Origin: the human T2T-CHM13v2.0 reference genome, Homo sapiens
Direction: 5' to 3' (one strand)
Length of the DNA stretch: 64,000 bases
NCBI RefSeq assembly: GCF_009914755.1
Contig: NC_060928.1
Positions 34,601-55,180 of the stretch are shown here, piece after piece; position 1 is the first letter of the stretch, and each line of letters begins with the position of its first letter. A model generated the notes under the pieces. It had not been told where the DNA came from. It did not search any database and was given only the letters and a program-made list of their open reading frames with translations. The position numbers were made by a program, and so were the translations under genes.

Positions 34601-37250
34601 TTTCATTTATCTTTTGTGTATATATTTTTGCTTCCATTTCATTTAGTTCTCATCTGATCTTGGTTATTTCCTTTCTTCTGGGTTTAGGTTTAGTTTGTTC
34701 TTGTTTCTTTAGTTCCTTGAGGTGTGACCTTCGAGTGTCAAGTTTGTGCTCTTTCCGTCTTTTTGATGTAGGCATTTAGGGCTATCAACTTTCCTCTTAG
34801 CACTGCCTTTGCTGTATCCCAGAGATTTTGGTAGGCTGTGTCTTTATTGTCATTCAGTTCAAAAAAATTCTAAATTTTCATCTTGATTTCATTTTTGACT
34901 CAATGCTCATTCAGGAGCAGGTTATTTCATTTCCATGTATTTGTATGGTTTTGAAGGTTCCTTTTGGTGTTGATTTCCAGTTTTATTCTGTGGTCTGAGA
35001 AACTGCTTGATATAATTTCTATTTTCTTAAATGTATGGAGGCTAGTTTCATGACCTATCATATGGTCTATCTTGGAGAAAGTTCCATGTGCTGTTGAATA
35101 GAATGTGTATTCTGCAGTTGTTGGATGAAATGTTCTGTATATATCTGTTAAGTGCATTTGTTCCAAGGTATAGGTTGAATCCATTGTTTCTTTGTTGACT
35201 TTCTGTCTTGATGACCTGTCTAGTGCTGTCAGTGGAGTATTGAAGTCCCCTACTTTTATTGTGTTTTTGTCTATTTCATTTCTTAGGTCTGTTAGTAATT
35301 TTAGTAATTAGTAATTTAGTTTTACAAATTTGGGAGCTCCAGTGTTAGGCGCATATATGTTTAGGATTGTGATATTTTCTTGTTGGACAAGGCCTTTACC
35401 ATTATATAATGTCCCTCTTTTCTTTTTTAACTGTCATTGCTTTAAAGTTTGTTTTGTCTGATATAAGAATAGCTACCCTGCTGGGTTTTGTTGCCCATTT
35501 GCATGAAATGCCTTTTTCCACCCCATTACTTTTAAGTTTGTGTGAGTCCTTATGTGTTAGTTAAGTCTATTGAAGGTAGCAGGTAGTTGATTGGTGAGTT
35601 CTTATCCATTCTGTGGTTTTGTATCTTTTAAGTTGAACATTTAGGCCATTTACATTCAATGTTAGTATTGAAGTGTGAGGTACTGTTGCATTCATCATGC
35701 TCTTTGTTGCCTTGTATACTTTGATTTTTTTTGTTTTTTGCTTTTGCTTTTTAATTTGTATTTTTGTTTTATAGGTCCTGTGTGATTTATGCTTTAAAGA
35801 GGTTCTGTTTCGATGTGTTTCCAGGATTTGTTTCAAGATTTAGAGCTCCTTTTAGCAGTTCTTATAGTAGTGGCTTAGTAATGGTGAATTCTCACAGCAT
35901 TTGTTTGTCTGAAAAAAACTGTATCTTTCCTTCATATATGATGCTTAGTTTCACTGGATACAAAATTCTTGGCTGAGATAATTGCTTTGTTTGAGGAGGC
36001 TGAAGATAGGATCCCAATCCCATCTGGCTTTAGGGTTTCTGCTGAGAAATCTGCTGTTAATCTGATAGGTTTTCCTTTATAGTTTACCTGGTGCTTCTGT
36101 CTCATAGCTCGTAAGTCTTTCCTTTGTCTTAACTTTTGATAACCCTATGACAATGTGCCTAGGTGATAATCTTTTTGTGATGAATTTCTCAGATGTTCTT
36201 TGTGCTTCTTGTATTTGGATGTCTAGGTTGCTACCAAGGCCAAAGAAGTTGTCCTTGATTATCCCCCCATATACATTTTCTAAGCCTTTAGAATTCTCTT
36301 CTTCCTCAGGAACATCATTATTCTTAGGTTTGGTCATTTAACAGAATCCCAGACTTCTTGGAGGCTTTGTTCATATTTACTTACTCTTTTTTCTTTGTAT
36401 TTGTTGGATTGGGTTAATTCAAAGACCTTGTCTTTGAGCTCTGAATTTCTTTTTTCTACTTGTTCAAGTCTATTGCTGAGACTTTCCAGAGCATTTCACA
36501 TTTCTAAAAGTGTGTGCAAAGTTTCCTGAATTTTTTTGTTTTTCCTTTCAGCTACCTATTTCCTTGAATATTTCTCCCTTCGCTTCTTGTATCATTTTTT
36601 GGATTTCTTTGCATTGGTCTTTGCCTTTCTCTGGTGCCTCCCTGATTAACTTAGTAAATAACCTTCTGATTTCTTTTTAGGCAAATCAGGGATTTCTTTT
36701 TGGTTTGGAGCCATTGCTGGTGAACTAGCGTGACTTATTGGGTGTGTTAAATAGCTTTGTTTTGTCATATTACCAGAATTGGTTTTCTGGTTCCTTCTCA
36801 TTTGGGTAGGCTCTTTCAGAGGGAAAGTCTAGGGCTGAAGGCTGTTATTCAGATTATTTTGTCCCGGGGGTATTCCCTTGATGTAGTACTCTCCCTCCCT
36901 TTCCTATGGATGTGGCTTCATGTAAGCCAAACTGCAGTGATTGTTGTCTCTCTTCTGGGTCTAGCCATCCAGTGAGTCTACCTGGCTCCAGGCTGGTACT
37001 GGTGGTTGTCTGCAGAGTCTTGTGATGTGAACCATCTATGGGACTCTCAGCTGTGGATACCAGTGCAGTATTTGGAGTGTCTCCCAGGTCCTGCAGGAGT
37101 AGTCCACTTCCTTCAAAGTTCCTCTCTGGATTGCTGGTTTGTTGTTGCAGTCAATCTAGACCTAAAATTCACTATGTGAGCCTCCACACGCTGCTCTGTC
37201 TGGAGCTGCAACCTAGTCCTGCCTCCCATTCGCCATGATGATCCGGATCC
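31694..37250 (-). mobile_element. L1PB1-type LINE-1 with both ends (5' UTR internally shortened)
   Basis: 3' end ttccataagttattggggtacaggtgg; 5' end ...cctgcctcccattcgccatgatgatcc. 14-bp TSD caRtgataaatctt (31680-31693, 37251-37264). Confidence 0.95.
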
Positions 37251-37294
37251 CAGTGATAAATCTTGAGTTATCTTTTCTAATAGAAATTGTTCAG

Positions 37295-40699
<3,405 letters not shown>

Positions 40700-40712
40700 A
40701 AATTATTCAGTA

Positions 40713-40963
<251 letters not shown>

Positions 40964-41774
40964 TCCATCTTTTTTAAACAAAAATATTTGCAGCTTCTCC
41001 ACTTTCTGCAAGCAACATCAAATTTTTCAAGATCTGAGTCCTAATAACTTGTAAATTCTCAATGTTCCAGTTTCTAGAGAGTCAAATAACACTTAGGGAG
41101 GCAGCTGTCCCACAGGTGAGCTTGTTATACAATGTGCTAGCATGAGTTTGAAAGAGCTTGCTATAATATTCTTGCCTTACTTCCAAGTTGTGGATCATTT
41201 TCCCAAATGCAGATATACCATAACAGGGCTTTGATTCTCTCCCTGGATCCCCACACATATAAGTAAGGATGCTCAGAAATAGTTTGCATTTAGAAATATT
41301 ATTATTAGTGTTTTCATCTGTGTTTCTTTGCTTTAATCCAGTATCGTTCTTTGTTGGCTCTTAATTTTGCTTTCTTTATTTTATGCTTTTGCTTTAGGCA
41401 TGTCTTTTTACATAAACTTCTTTAAATCTGTTGTGAAAGATAGATGGGTATTAAAAAATTAACAAATAAAACCCACATATTATATCAAATACCATATAAT
41501 TAGAAGTTTATAATGCTAACTTGATGAACTTGGCTTTTAGCTAAAACGTGTCTATTATTAGCTTAATGCAAATTTTTATAAAGTGTTTTAAGGAAGAAAA
41601 TTGAATCAAGTAATTAAAGATTAATTGTTTAAAGGTTTTAATAATTGTGACATTTGCACTGAACTCTCACATACTTGAATTTGAATTCTAGTTTTAGTTT
41701 GTTTTTTATATGACCTTAAGATAGTTAAACTAGGGTTCAGTTCCTTATCTTAAAATGGAGATAATATAATCAGG

Positions 41775-42757
41775 TGTTATGGGTTGAATTGTGTATAACC
41801 CTCTCCCCAAAATTTATATTTTTAAGTCCTAATTTCAGAATATGACTATATTTGGAGATAGGATCCTTAAAGAGGTAATGAGGTTAAAATGAAGTAATTA
41901 GGGCAGGCTTGCAACCAAATGCTAGCTAGGCTGCTCCCAGTTTGTAAAGCCAAATGAACAAAGATGAGATACTGTGAAAGGAAAGTGACTTTATTCCAAA
42001 CTTTAGGCTGGGGAGAGGAGGTTAGAAAGGGGAACTTGGAATGGGAGGCATGCAGGAGTTGTACCGGGCACAAGGTCTGTGTATCTTGTTCCAGTGGCTA
42101 TCTTGAGTCATGGTCCACTTGGAGCATGGATGGGCTGACATTATCTCAACAATGGTCAGGTTGTAGACTAACTGCCTTGAGGTTATCTCTAGAACTTTGC
42201 AGCTGGGTCTCCATGCCTGATTTTTCTCAAGATTAGCTCCTGGAATTTCTAAGCAAGCTCATAATTACATAAGCGAGCACTATGCATGGGAGTTTCTGGT
42301 GGGAAAGGGAGGGAAACAAAGAGTTTCAAGGCTGTACATTTCAAGGCTGTATTTCAAGACTAAGGATGAATAAAAGGTTTCTGCAGTTTGCTTCGAGGTT
42401 ACATTTGAGACTATGGAGAAAAGAGAAAAAGGAAAAAAAGTTTTAAAATGCATTTTGAAGCTAAACTGCTTAGTTACAGACCCTTCTCTAATATGATTGC
42501 AGTCTTTATAAAAAGAGGAAATTTGGACACAGACATGGACAGAGGGATGATCATGTGAAGACACAAGAAGGAGGTGGTGATCTACAAGCCAAGAGAGAAT
42601 GCGGGAATAAATGCTTCTTTCACAGCCCTCAGAAGAAACCAACCCTGCTGACGCCTTGATCTTGAATGTCTAACCTTCAGAACTGTGAGAAAGTAAATTT
42701 CTGCTTAAGCCACACAGTCTGAGAACTTTGTTAGAGCAGCCCTAGCAAACTAATAAA
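41775..42757 (+). mobile_element. MLT1B MaLR LTR (inside a MIR), split by an ERV1 LTR
   Basis: tgttatgggttgaattgtgt...; resumes at 42479 with aaaaagaggaaatttggacacagac...gcagccctagcaaactaata. Confidence 0.85.
41910..42478 (-). mobile_element. ERV1-type solo LTR (subfamily not assigned)
   Basis: TG...CA ends, minus-strand AATAAA (tttatt at ~41990), degenerate 4-bp TSD ggct/gacc within MLT1B. Confidence 0.75.
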
Positions 42758-45114
42758 ACCAATGAGCAGCTGATATTCAGCTGGTAAGTAGCCTCCAGGA
42801 TATGTTGGAGCTATGACCTGTGTCTATACTGATAAATCAGCATATGCTATGATGTTGTTAATATTTTGAATATTACCCCCTGAGAATGCCTACAATGTAG
42901 AGCCTCGTAAGGTACCTGGTACAGTACCTACCATATTATAGACACTCAATAAATTATATGAATAGTATTTATAATTTTATTATTATTAAGTTTGGTTTAA
43001 GTTGATCACTATAAACTTATGCCAAATAACACACCTTTCCCAGGTGAACATCTCAGGAAACTAAATTTATATGGTATGGTAGGGTGGTTTATATAGGAAC
43101 AAGAAAGTTGGAAAAAGAGGTGAATATCTGATAAGCCATATGCCAACCCAATATTTGTTCTTTTTTTAAATGAATAGAACCATTGATATCACAAGAAAGA
43201 TCATCTTTGAAATGTTTAACTCTGCACTTTTATGTAAAAATGTCAAGAATATTGATTAAGAAAAGTATTAGCTTTCCAGAGAACAGGATCTTCTTTCATG
43301 AGACTATAAGGAGCCCCAGTTGCTCAGTATGAGGACAACTTGGTTTGCGTTGCATTTTTGGCGAGACCATATGTTTCAGAAAAACTTCTTTAATTCTACA
43401 TGTGGACAACCACATGGTACATAGCAATTATCAAGCCATTAGTGTCTCAAAGCACTTTCTGAACGTTAACTAAAAACGATTGTATTTTATAAATGCACAC
43501 ACTTTGTGCATATAAACATTGAAAATAATGTAATCATATGCAATGTCATATAATTGTGATTGTAAAGATATTTCCACTTCCAGCGCGGGAGGGAATATAA
43601 GAGCTTGCTAATTTTGTTTGATATGGTAGCAACTTTTGCCAATTGGCTTGTCTCCAGAACTATTACTTGTTAATGTTCCTAAATGTGCTACTATCACTAC
43701 TGTCTAATAACAGCACATTCTGCAGCGATATGAAGCATCTAAATTGAACCAAGAAAATACATGCTGTCCTGACTTTTGAACTATTTTGTATTTTTCTATA
43801 GAGGGGAATAAAATAACCAGACTGAGTTATATTTATTATTTATTTAAGTATACCTAATGGGCTATAGAGGACATTGGCAATTAACAGGACACTGTCCTAT
43901 AGAGGACAGTGGTTTCTCATAAAGAAAATTTTTTGGAACTGGTTTTCCAGTGAAAACTTACTAAATCCTAGACCACTTCCATTAACCTACATTTTTGGAA
44001 TATATTTATCATTTTGAAGAGTTTTGTCTCATCCCTTATATTTTATATGGCTCATATATGAAATAAGTTTTTAGGTAGGGCCCTCTTCTTTTTCAGAAGC
44101 TGTCTTCAGTCTGCACTAAAACCCAGCTACTAAGAAAAAGAATGTTCATAAAGTCTTCAGAGTTCTTCTGGGAAGACACAATGTAAATGTGAAATAGTCA
44201 TTATCATGGGAATATTTAAATCTTTTTCTTTGGTTGTCATGGTTCTGTTGCAGGGAATGTCCACTATTATCTATTAAGAAGTTCACATTTAGCTATTTCA
44301 TAGAATTTCAAATGATTGGTAGTCTTCACTTAAATTTACATAATTACTTTTTTTGCAAGACTCATGTTAACCTTTCACAATGGCAGATATCTCTCTCTCT
44401 GCGTCCTAAATATTTCATAAATCTAAGTTTTATTTCTGCCACACTACAGGAGTATCTTATGGAACAATCACAGAAAATTAAACTTGCTGAGGTATTGTTG
44501 ATTTGATGTTTAATAGAAGTATATTTAACAAACGGTCTTCAATGACTACTTTCTCAGAGGTCATAGATCCCAGCTTTTGTAATGCATATCATCAAATATT
44601 TTTTCTCATATTACTTGGTAAAATGATATATTTCAGATAAGGGAGATAAGATATAGCTTATTGAGGCCAACTTGATCAGACTGCAAAAGGTAATTCAGGT
44701 ACATAAATACGTGTTTCAAAGTTGTTGCTTTATAGTCAGACTAAGTATTAAGAATATATATTTATCCAATTGTACACAGCAGGGACAGGATACAATGCAC
44801 ATAGGGCTAACAGCAGTGGGGGAAATCAAACAAAATCTAGGAATTATAGCATCATACTTAATGGAAAAAAATAGCATTGATTTTGAGCATATGAAAGAAA
44901 TTGAAGAACTAAATGTAAAACCCCAAATAAATAAGAAAAAATAAACTAGAAAAAAGGAAACATGGGCATACTTCTTAAATGTATCCAAACTATAAGCTGA
45001 TTAAAGATAGTTCTGCCATAGGGTTCAGAAAATACTTTGAATTTCTTTGTGTGATACTTCTTGTCTTCAGAAATTATAGTGTATTCATCTATGATGAGGA
45101 AAGAAATTTTTTAA

Positions 45115-45639
<525 letters not shown>

Positions 45640-48079
45640 AGCAGATATTTTTTAAAGGTACAAAATTAAAGACAATTCTTCTCAACTATTTATTTTTGAA
45701 TTATCTTAGTTAAAGCCGCATAGCTAAGATAGTCAACTCCATCACTCAAATGGGAATTATCATTCCCATTGTAATTGTAAGTATATGTGAAATAAATACA
45801 AACTCTTATCTTTTAACATCTAAACAATGTGAAAAAATAGCTTGCTTCTTCATTGAAGTGAATGTCTTAACATTCTATTTCTTTTCCTAATTACTGATAA
45901 AGCACTGGTAAAACAAATAATGGCATATCATTGCAATGGAATGCTCTGTAGCTTATTAAAACTAATGGAGTAAATCTATATTTCCAGTATGAAAGCAAAA
46001 GGTAGATTAACATGCATTATATGATACTAATGGTTTAAACAAAGTTTAAAAAGACTCTCCTTTATATGACATTTATCTTTGTGTATACTAACATTTTTCT
46101 AGGAGGAAATCTAGAAATCTCTGATGAAAATTTGGGTTGTAGATTTGGGTGGGAAAATTTTCACTTTTAAGTATATATTCTTATGTAATGTTTGATTTTT
46201 TTTTACCGATGTTGATGTTTACATTTATAATTTAAAAAATGAACTTGATTTTTTGAAAGGTCATCTTGATTTCTCAGGCCTTGCTTTCTCAACACTGCAC
46301 CTGAGCGTGGGAGGTTTAAAACAACAGAAAGTCAACCTGAACCAGCTTACACAAAAACCAGGAGATATTGTCTAATTTTTTTATCTTTCATTTACGCAGC
46401 TCTCTGTGTTTTGGCTTCATTCTAACCTTTATAATGTTGTGAAGGAGTCAGCTGTTGCAGCATTTAGGCTTACATCTTAATGGCTTTCCCACTAGGCAAA
46501 AAAAGGGCTCTTCTTCCAAGTCACAGAGGAACTCCGATGATCGTAGTTTGTGTCACTTGCCAAAGCTCTGGACCAATCCCTGACATAAGCAGTGATATCA
46601 GCAAATGTGTGACATGATTACCCTAAAACCCAAGACCAATTATTGTGGCAAAGGCAACACAACTAAATCAGAAGAGGGTAGCCTGTGTCCCAACGAAAGG
46701 AGAGGTACAAAGCAGGCAAAAATCTTATACACGCACACACATGCGCACTGGGAAATGAATTTAGATATTGTTGTGATTGATAAAGTATGAGTTTATTAAA
46801 ATGTGTTAAAAATCAATAACTACTACTTATTTTGTCAATATAGGTTGTCATTCATACAATGACATTTTGTCATTATAGAATTTCTCAAACATCAGACACT
46901 AAAAATATCAGTCCCTTTTTGTAGGAGGAAATAAACAATTTTATTAACATTTAAAAAGTTCCTTATGTTCAAAAGAGTTGAGACCAGTGGTTGAGGTATG
47001 AAGTAGGTTCTTGGCAGTATTAATGGAGAGTGGGTCCAGATCAGGGAAGAGATTTTTGTGGTAGAAAGAAGAAAAGTTAACAACTGCCAATTATGGGGCA
47101 GAGAAGAGGGATGAGTAAAAATCACATTGTACCAATGTCCTGGTAATTATTTAAAAGTCTTCACAACGAAGTGCCCAGATAAATACCAAATGCAGTAAGA
47201 GCTATGTTGTCTTGCTGCTTTGTCTTTCACTCAATACACTCACACTGAAATAAAACATCTTCGATTATTGTTTATTTAAAACTAGGGGATTACCGCATAA
47301 AAGATGGCATAGGAATGCCAAACTTAGGGAGAACTGGGTAGAACAGGCAGACAGAAGCAGGACTTGTGGTTCGGGGTTTGGTTTTTGCAAAGAGCATTTT
47401 CTATAGTAAATGCTTGATGATACAATCAAAATGTTTTTGGAAGAACAGTACTGAGAAAATCCCACTGGCCTCCAAGGACAAGAAAAGGTGATTTAATATG
47501 GACTCTGGGTCCTGGTGCCGCTGTTTTCCTCAGATAGTGAGAAACTGCACTTGTAGCTGTGAGTAAACTGAGATGCTAAGAGAGATTGAAGAGAACGTAG
47601 GGCCAGCGATTAACATCTGAAAAATGTTTTTCACTGTAAGAAACATCACCACCGTCATGGACAACACACATATTTTCAACACCAACTATCTGACACAGCT
47701 TCAAGATTTCTGGAATGAATTTAAATTGCCTGATGCTTGCAACAAGGAAATTGTATCAGTCTCTGCTTTCTAATACAGCTTAGTAAATACCTGGATCATA
47801 GAAATCATGGCTAATTCAGTGCTTAATACTTGTTGGCCCAAAGAGAACGTAATCCTATTGGAACATATTATAATAATGAGTTTGTCCTGGGACTGCCCAA
47901 TCTGGGGTCTAGAATCTTACCTGAAAATGACATGGTCAGTCTTTTCTGGACAAATTCTTTAAGGAACTGTTTGTTTTAGGATTTTAAAGAAGCCAACAAA
48001 AGAAATTTTAGTCTCTCATTATTAAATATCTCCGGACTACAGTAGCTGGAATAAGAAATAATGTCTCTGTGAGTTGGGA

Positions 48080-48465
48080 GTGGGGGTCTGCGCCCTCCTT
48101 AAGGGCATGATGTAGGGGAGGCTGGTAGTGGCCATGGCAGTGGTTTGACCAGACCCAATAAAGGCGGTGCAAAGCGTGGTGGGAACAACCCAGGATTCCC
48201 AGGCACCCTCCCCTCTGCGCCCCAGCGGCAGGACACACCAGCGCTTGCCCAGGCTGAGGTTCAGGAGTTAATGTGGCTCCCGTGGGCTGGACTCCAGGGT
48301 AAGGAAAGAAGAGTGAGCAAGGGGGAAACACATAAGAAAGGAGGGAAAGACAAAAAAGGAAGTGCGGATGGGGCCATCAGCTGCAGCTTCCCGCGCCGGG
48401 CCGGTCTGGTTGGGGAATCAAGCCTGGGGGACCCTTGGGAAGGAAACGTCTCAGGCGATTATGCC
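48080..48465. promoter_or_regulatory. Non-repeat GC/CpG-enriched patch, candidate promoter or enhancer
   Basis: Roughly 15 or more CpGs in ~400 bp (e.g. cccgcgccgggccgg) amid AT-rich, CpG-depleted DNA. Confidence 0.4.
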
Positions 48466-49270
48466 AAGTGAAATAAGCCATGTACCGAAAGAAAAATACC
48501 GCAGGATCTCACTTACATGTGAAATCTAAAAAAGCAGAACTCACAGAAGCAGAGTGGAAGGGTGAAACCAGCCCAATTGTCCCATAGAACTGACGTTTGG
48601 GGTTTTTTGAATAAACAGAGAAATTAACCCTCCCTGGATTCAGAACTTGAAGCTTAACATTTGTCTTACCTGAATTCCTTCCTAAGGAAATCCACCCTCT
48701 GGCAAGGAACTGAAACTCACCAGAAAATCACATTCAGACAGTGAGACTCCAGACCTCTCATGTGTTATGATTGCTTCCTTACCCCTTCCTACTTCCTGTT
48801 TTCCCACACATAGGTGCATTCCTCCCGTGCTATAGAAACCCCCAATTTGAGTCAGTTGGCAGAGATAGATACATCCCTGGCTGACAGCACCTGAATAAAA
48901 AAAGCCTTCTTCCTTGGCAATGCTCTTCTCAGTGACTGGCTTTCTGTGCCATGAGCAACTGAACCTAGATGGAACACCTGGCATTCAGGTAACAAAAGGA
49001 CAGGAAGTTTCAGCTAGATTGGAGGAATAAGCTCATGAGATCTATTTACAAAATGATGATCATACCTAATAACAATGCCTTGTATACTTGAAAATTGCTG
49101 AGAGTAGATTTTAAATGTTCTCAACACAAAACATAAGTAGGTGTGGTAATGAATATGTTAACTGCTTGGTTTAGCCATTCCACAATATACGCATATATCA
49201 AAACATCACACTGTATCCTATAAGTATATGTGATATATGATTTTTGTCAATAAAAAAATCAGAAAAAAAA
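48466..49270 (+). mobile_element. L1MA9/10-type 3' end, split by an ERV1 LTR
   Basis: aagtgaaataagcca...agaagcagagt; resumes with ggaggaataag...gaaaattgctgagagtagatttt. Confidence 0.85.
48563..48994 (+). mobile_element. ERV1 solo LTR (LTR8/LTR26-like)
   Basis: TGAAACC...GGTAACA termini, AATAAA at ~48894. Confidence 0.8.
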
Positions 49271-50762
49271 GACAAAATGTACGGTAGAACTAAAAAAGAA
49301 GACAACCAAAGGTCATGTGAAATAGTGATGGCTCACTAATAAATCCAGGACGAAGTTATCACTACTCAAGCATAAGCTTTCCTAAGACTGCTACAAAGAT
49401 GTTTGATATAAAGGCTTGGGTTGAGAATGTTGTGGAATGAACTGCAAGGGACCCCTGTGGCTTCTTTATAGTAATTCTTTGGCCCTTGTTCTACTACTGC
49501 TCAAACAAGTCCATACTGTCCTGGAAATTGGCCAGGATGATTGAGGCCAGAGGAAAGGAACAAAAGAAGAAAAAACGTTGAGAAAATATATATTACATAA
49601 GGGAAACAACCGAAAAAAGGATTAAAGGAATGAACAGGCTGTGTAAAATTATGTAGCTTTAGAAGGACCCACTAAAGCTTCTTCCTTGGATATTATGACA
49701 GTATTATTTAATAAAAGCAGTCTAACCATAATGAAGAATCATGCTAGTTCTTACCTCAGTATTGTATTAACTTCCAGTCTTTGCAGTAGAAAAGTTTATT
49801 GATGTCTGTTGACAGTTATTTTAAATTAGCATTTATTATGCTATCAGTTTTTTATAAATGAAGTAGTCATTTGCCATTTTGCAGTATATGCATTAAAATG
49901 AAAACTTCCTGTGGAGAAATATGACTTTGGATTATTAACTCTATTTAAATAATGGCTTAAAATAAGATCCTATTCTAGACAAAGGAAATTTGAGAATGTA
50001 AAAGTCAGAATTATCTCCTCTGAGGTGAAAATTGTCCTTTAGCTCAAAGAAGTACAGTGTATTAGTCACATCTTTTACCGTTATTGCTTATTTCTTATAA
50101 TAGAATTATTTCTGGCTTTCTCAAAGCAAAATAATATTAACCACTTCTATTTTCTGCACTTTTCTGATTTTAGCTTTTAAGATGCTAGTAATTATCCAAC
50201 ATTCTGCATTTTAACCTAATATTATAAAGAGTTCTTTTGACTATGTAGAATACCACCTACTGCATATAGCCATTTCTGTACTTATGAACACTGCCATTCT
50301 CTTAGACTTGTTAAGAAGAGTAAAACTAGGATTAAAGAAGGCAGTAAAGATGCCAAACATTGTAGTATTTTAGAACCAGTTTATTCTTATTTATGCTTAG
50401 TGGAAATATAAAATAATTAAAATTTCTCTTTATTTCTATTACCACTTAAAAATTCCATTATTTGTTTTAACTCATGTGGTAATTATATCACATTTTAAAA
50501 TTGAACAAGGTGAAAATTTAAATTTAAATTACATTTAAGAAACTCTTAAAGAGTACAGTTAAGTCATACTTCCAAAGTGATAAAGTCTTACAATTTGAAA
50601 AAAAGAAAAAATGTGTTGTGGATAGTAGTAATTGAGTGAGAAAGATAAATTATGTCAAAATTAGAATGTGTTTTAACTAGAAGTAAGTAGTATAAGTGGA
50701 ATGTTTTCCTATTCAGTTAAGTTGTATAACTAGAACTTTTTACTATTAAACACAGCTTTTAT

Positions 50763-51959
50763 GCTGGCTCAGTAAAAATAGTTTAGAAATATTCTGTTTT
50801 CTTTTATTTTTATGGAGTACTTTGAGGAGACTTGGTATTAGTTCTTCTTTTTAAATGTTTGGTAGAGTTCAGCAGTGAAGCCATTCCTGAGTTTTTCTTT
50901 GATGGAAGACTTTTATTACTGACTCAATTTCCTCACTTATTATTGGTCTGCTCAAATTTTCTATTTCTTCATAATTTAATCTTGATAGGTTGTATGTGTC
51001 CAGGAGCTTATCAATTTCTTTCATGTTATCAATTTCTTTGTTATATAGCTGTTCATAGTAGTCTCTTATGATCCCTTGTATATCTGTGGTATCAGTTTTA
51101 ATGTCTCTTTCTACACCTCTGATTTTGAGTCTTTTCTTTTTTTTTGTAGTTTAGCTAAAGGTTTTTTTAAAAAAAAATTTGGTTATCTTTTTTAAAAACT
51201 AACTTCTCTTTTTGCCAGTCTTGAATTGTTGTTTTGTTTTGTGTTGTTTTTTAGTCTCTATTTTGTTTATTTCTGTTCTGAGCTTTAATATTTGTTTCTT
51301 TCTACCAATTTTGGGTTTAGTTTGTTCTCGTTTTTCTAGTTCATTAAGATGAATTGTTAGGTTATTTATTTAAAAATCTTTCTTCTTTTCTCATGTAGGC
51401 ATTTATTGCTGTAAACTTTTCTCTTGGAAATGCTTTTGCTGTATCCTGTAGGTTTTGGTATGATGTGTTTCATTCTTGTTTGTTTCAAGGAAATTTTTTT
51501 CTTTCCTTTTTAATATATTTGAGGATATCATGTTAACTGAAGTAAACTAGACATAGAAAGACAAATACCTCATGATATCACTCATAGAATCTAAACAAAA
51601 AATTGATATCATAGAAGCAGAGAGTAAAACAATGATTATCAGAGACTGGAGAGAGGCAAGAGGAGGATAGGGAGAGGGTGGTTAATGGGTACAAAGTGAT
51701 GATTAGATAGGAGGAATAAATTCTAAATTTCTATTGAACAGTAGTGTGACTATGGTTAACTGTAAAATATTGTATATTACAAAATAGTGAGAAGAAGGGC
51801 TTTGGAATATTCCTATCACAAGAAAATGATAAATGCATGAGGCAAGGGATATGCTAACTACCCTGATATGATCATTATATGACATAGATATGTATGGAAA
51901 CAAATTGTATTCCATAAGTATGTATAATTACATGTCAAATAAAAAGATAAATAATTTTA
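50763..51959. mobile_element. 5'-inverted L1MA: minus-strand ORF2 piece (50763-51518) joined to a plus-strand 3' UTR (51520-51959)
   Basis: Orientation switch at ~51519; degenerate TSD aaacacagcttttat / aaacccatggcttttat. Confidence 0.7.
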
Positions 51960-52375
51960 AAACCCATGGCTTTTATAAATGCATGGTACAATAATTTTAC
52001 TCACTGTCAGTATTTAATACATAATTCATATTTGTCTCACCTCTTATAGTAAGTGTTAAGTAACAAAAAAATTGTCCAATAGCTCTAATTTTAAAATAAA
52101 ACTAAATATTAAAATAAATATGCTTTTTTAAAAAAACAGATAAATACATGACTCGATGCCTCACTTAGAATTTGTTTTTTAGATATTTAAATTTCTTGCG
52201 TAGGAATTGCACTAAGGTACAATTTGCTTAACGAATTTTTATTGAGATTTAATTCATTTGTTAAACTTTTATTGAAAACCTACCTACTATATACTCTGTG
52301 CTAAATAGTAAGGATACAAAGGAAGTAGTTCATTATTTTTGTTAATTTTATAGTTTAATAGAGGAAGATCAAGTA

Positions 52376-52608
52376 CAGTAGATCCTCATTATTTGCAGAT
52401 TCTGTATTTACAAAGTCACTTCTTTGCACTTGCAAAGAAGGTTATTTTCAGACAAATGCAGGGTGGCAAGAAGTTGAACTGCTTGGTGCACATGTTCCCA
52501 GATGAGGCTGAACAAGGCAGTGCTCTGCCTTCTGGGTTGAGCTCCCATATTGCAAACAAGTGTCTTTAACATGGTGTATCTAGTGCCATGTTTTTGCATT
52601 TTTGTGTT
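52376..52608 (+). mobile_element. TcMar-Tigger relic (MER6-like), 5' part
   Basis: TA|cagtagatcctcattatttgcagattc...gttcccagatgaggctgaacaaggc. Confidence 0.7.
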
Positions 52609-53104
52609 CTGCAAAAATATTCCTAGCAGCACTATTCATAATAATAATAACGAAGAACAACACCAACGTCAATCAGAAGTAGAACTGAAAAGAAGCCACA
52701 TTGATAGAGGTATGTCAATGGAGCCCAGAGGCCAAAAAAAGAGCTCCTAGCAGCCAAAGCTGGAACAATTAGGGCAACATAATTAATTAACTAATTAATT
52801 ATTAAGATGACATTGGATTATATTATAACTCAAAGTTAGAATTAGACAGAGATAATAGTTGCACAACATTGTGAATGCATTAAATGACATCGAGCTGTTT
52901 ACTTTACAATGGTTAACGTTGTTATGTGAATTTTACTTGAAAATAAATGAAAAGAAGAGGTGATTAGCAGCAGGATTGGCAGCAACCCATAAAGAGCAAA
53001 ATAATAATAAAATCAGAGTAGCATGACATCACTCCCTAGCAGTTCTTGTTTTTTAGATTAAAATATATATATTGTGGAAAATAGTGGACTTCCCAAGAAT
53101 TCAG

Positions 53105-55180
<2,076 letters not shown>

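Noticed and set aside
44450-44491. Clean 42-nt AG...GT segment (EYLMEQSQKIKLAE) as a live coding exon
   Set aside because: Not phase-compatible with the next segment, neighbours contain stops, and I could not place it in vitellogenin.
47624-47773. 49-aa ORF with LQDFWNEF resembling a Tigger transposase
   Set aside because: No TIRs or other DDE similarity; better explained as read-through across a VTG intron-exon remnant.
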